The position numbers and the translations under genes are program-made. The notes beneath the pieces were generated by a model. That model saw only the letters and a list, made by a program, of their open reading frames with translations. It did no database searches and was not told the origin of the DNA. A stretch of DNA of 63,518 bases, counting the filler, from Octopus bimaculoides (lineage: Eukaryota): assembly GCF_001194135.2 (NCBI RefSeq). It is 5 parts of 5 records of this genome, joined end to end, with 100 filler letters (N's around TTAATTAATTAA, not from the genome) between each part and the next. Parts side by side here need not be neighbours in the genome. Positions count along the whole stretch, not along the records: positions 57,896 to 61,651 come from NC_069006.1; positions 61,752 to 63,518 come from NC_068994.1; 3 more parts are not named here. The stretch is one strand, 5' to 3'. Shown one piece after another: positions 61,519 to 63,518 of the stretch. How positions within the stretch are numbered: the stretch's first letter is position 1; every line of letters starts with the position of its first letter.

Positions 61519-61651
61519 TACGATGGGATTTTGTTCCAGCAGGCTTTTGTACGATGGGATTTTGTTCCAGCAGGCTTTTGTACGATGGGATTTTGTTCCA
61601 GCAGGCTTTTGTACGATGGGATTTTGTTCCAGTAGGCTTTTGTACGATGGG
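61519..61651. repeat. 31-bp minisatellite (tacgatgggattttgttccagcaggcttttg), at least 4.3 copies, running into a gap
   Basis: Units start at 61519, 61550, 61581, 61612 and 61643. Confidence 0.95.
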
Positions 61652-61775
61652 NNNNNNNNNNNNNNNNNNNNNNNNNNNNNNNNNNNNNNNNNNNNTTAAT
61701 TAATTAANNNNNNNNNNNNNNNNNNNNNNNNNNNNNNNNNNNNNNNNNNNNAATAATAATAATAATAATAATAAT

Positions 61776-61952
61776 AATAGACCAGATATAGTTGTCAAAG
61801 ATCATGAAGAAAAAAATGCTTTCTAATTGTTGTATCAATACCAGCAGATGACAACGTTTCCCTAAAAGAAATGGAAAAACTTTCAAAATACAAAGACCTG
61901 GAATTAGAGGTAACTCGGATGTGGAATCTAAAAACAGAAACAATTCCTATCA
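61776..61952 (+). mobile_element. R4/Dong-clade RLE fragment between (AAT)n and (ACT)n/(AAT)n tracts
   Basis: NRPDIVVKDHEEK..FLIVVSIPADDNVSLKEMEKLSKYKDLELEVTRMWNLKTETIPII (one frameshift). Confidence 0.85.
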
Positions 61953-61976
61953 TATAAAAATAAAACTACTGAACAA

Positions 61977-62050
<74 letters not shown>

Positions 62051-62069
62051 ATAATAATAATAATAACAT

Positions 62070-62215
62070 CGAAAAATACCTCAGGAATGAGAACCCAGGT
62101 TCGAAATTTCCCCAAGACACCTGATGAAGGCTGGAGGGTGTATCAGCCAAAACGTTGTAACAACAAACAAGATGAGGACAAATATCTGTCAAATGTAAAT
62201 AATGTAAATAACTCA
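62070..62215 (+). mobile_element. Penelope-like pLTR (family 1) with a minimal hammerhead-like motif at 62116-62160
   Basis: gacac CTGATGA a ggctg-gagggtgtat-cagcc aaa acgt t gt. Confidence 0.7.
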
Positions 62216-63444
62216 CTATTAATATTATTTATTTTTTCTTTTATAGGGGACATAATCTATGAAACAGTTATAAATAAAAATATAACTGGATTAAAACACA
62301 TAAAGAAACAAAAACTGTTAATATCATGTGTGTATGCATGTAGAAAGAGTGAAAACTGTGACTGCTTATATTACCAACAGTTTAATTATTCATGCAGTTT
62401 ATTGAATTTAAATGATTGTAATAACATTTTGAATTCTACATTACCGGAGATAAATGATACCTCTACCGTACTGATGGTTCGTCAATATTTGAATGGTAAG
62501 TGAATAACTTATTATATAGGGTTTCTCGACCTGATAGAAATTGCAGTCAAACCACTATCGAGATAACATGGAAGACACTATAGAATGTAGTTCTAGACTA
62601 GATGAGTATATGGTCATAATTGGAACGCCTTTGACCCTAGATTAGCTGCGGTCTTTATTTTAGGTGGCACGGTTTAATTTGTAGATAGTGGTACTATATT
62701 GGGGCACTCCATCAAAGGATCCTGAAACCATTTGATATCCGACATTCATATTCTACTTTATCACCCCTGCAATGTTCGAAGTAGTTTCTCTGTGGCTGCA
62801 ATCGATTTTCCGATGGATATTGAAGAATATTTACAATTTAGAAGTTTTGTAAAACATTTGATAAATCAGCAGTCATATATTTCTTAATTGAATATCTCTG
62901 CCAACACAATCTATACTATAATGGAGAAAGCTGCTTATTAATTAGGTATGTAACAATTACTAAAAGTACTAAAAGAAAGCAATTAGTAAAGGGTTGACAG
63001 TCTGGAAATATTTTTATAAATTCATGTTCGAAGAAATTTCCTATAATTTCGATTTATCAAGTGTATTGAATTTTTTAACTCCAATTTCTCGCAAATTTAA
63101 ATCTTAGTTGCATTCACTGTGTCCAATTCTTTACAAATTTAAATATTCCTTGCATTCACTGCGGAATATTCCATTTTCATCTGCAAAGTTATCTCACTTT
63201 CTCTTTTAAGTTTCAATATACTATTTGGAAAACCAACAGTTTATTCTATTAATGTATACGTAATGTAAAAACATTATTTATAGAATAAAAATTTTAAAAT
63301 ACCTGTATAATTTTTGAACGCGGGATAGCTGTGAGAAAGTTGGGTAATTACTATTAGAAGACGAGGAGAAAAAGGTCACCGACAAGTACTCGAAACTTGC
63401 ACCTTCTTCACAGTTTCCAAACACTGTACCACTAACATTATTTA

Positions 63445-63518
63445 CATTATTTACATTTGACGGATATTTGTCCTCATCTTGTTTGTTGTTAACACAACGT
63501 TTCGGCTGATATACCCTC
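63445..63518 (-). mobile_element. Penelope-like pLTR (family 1), truncated by the window end
   Basis: Reverse complement gagggtatatcagccGAAACGTTgtgttaacaacaaacaagatgaggacaaatatcc. Confidence 0.72.

Noticed and set aside
61519-61651. 31-bp repeats as a CRISPR array
   Set aside because: The units are contiguous with no spacers, in a eukaryotic context with no cas genes.

Overview
Repeat-rich, gapped eukaryotic scaffold. The SINE families, microsatellite load and N-gap style are most consistent with an Octopus genome (recognised from memory, not searched). About a fifth of the window is N, and most listed ORFs are microsatellite or gap artefacts. (1) A previously unlabelled multi-exon gene lies on the + strand: nine small GT-AG exons between 580 and 19527 splice in consistent phase into a stop-free, roughly 244-aa C-terminal peptide. 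Its 5' end is upstream of the window. (2) There are many tRNA-derived SINE copies from about four families. (3) Non-LTR retrotransposon remnants include RLE-type R4/Dong-like and HERO-like, RTE, Tx1/L1-like and Penelope-like elements. (4) DNA transposon remnants include mariner, Tc1 (one with an apparent spliceosomal intron), a DD37D-like element, and hAT and TA-target MITEs. Two signals stand out. Two independent insertions sit at the same nucleotide of a SINE head, one with a target-site duplication and one carrying a gag-like ORF1, which suggests a SINE-targeting Tx1-like retrotransposon. A head-to-tail cluster of RLE LINE copies, three of four starting at a (TACA)n tract, suggests microsatellite targeting. 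No CRISPR array, rRNA gene or bona fide tRNA gene was seen.
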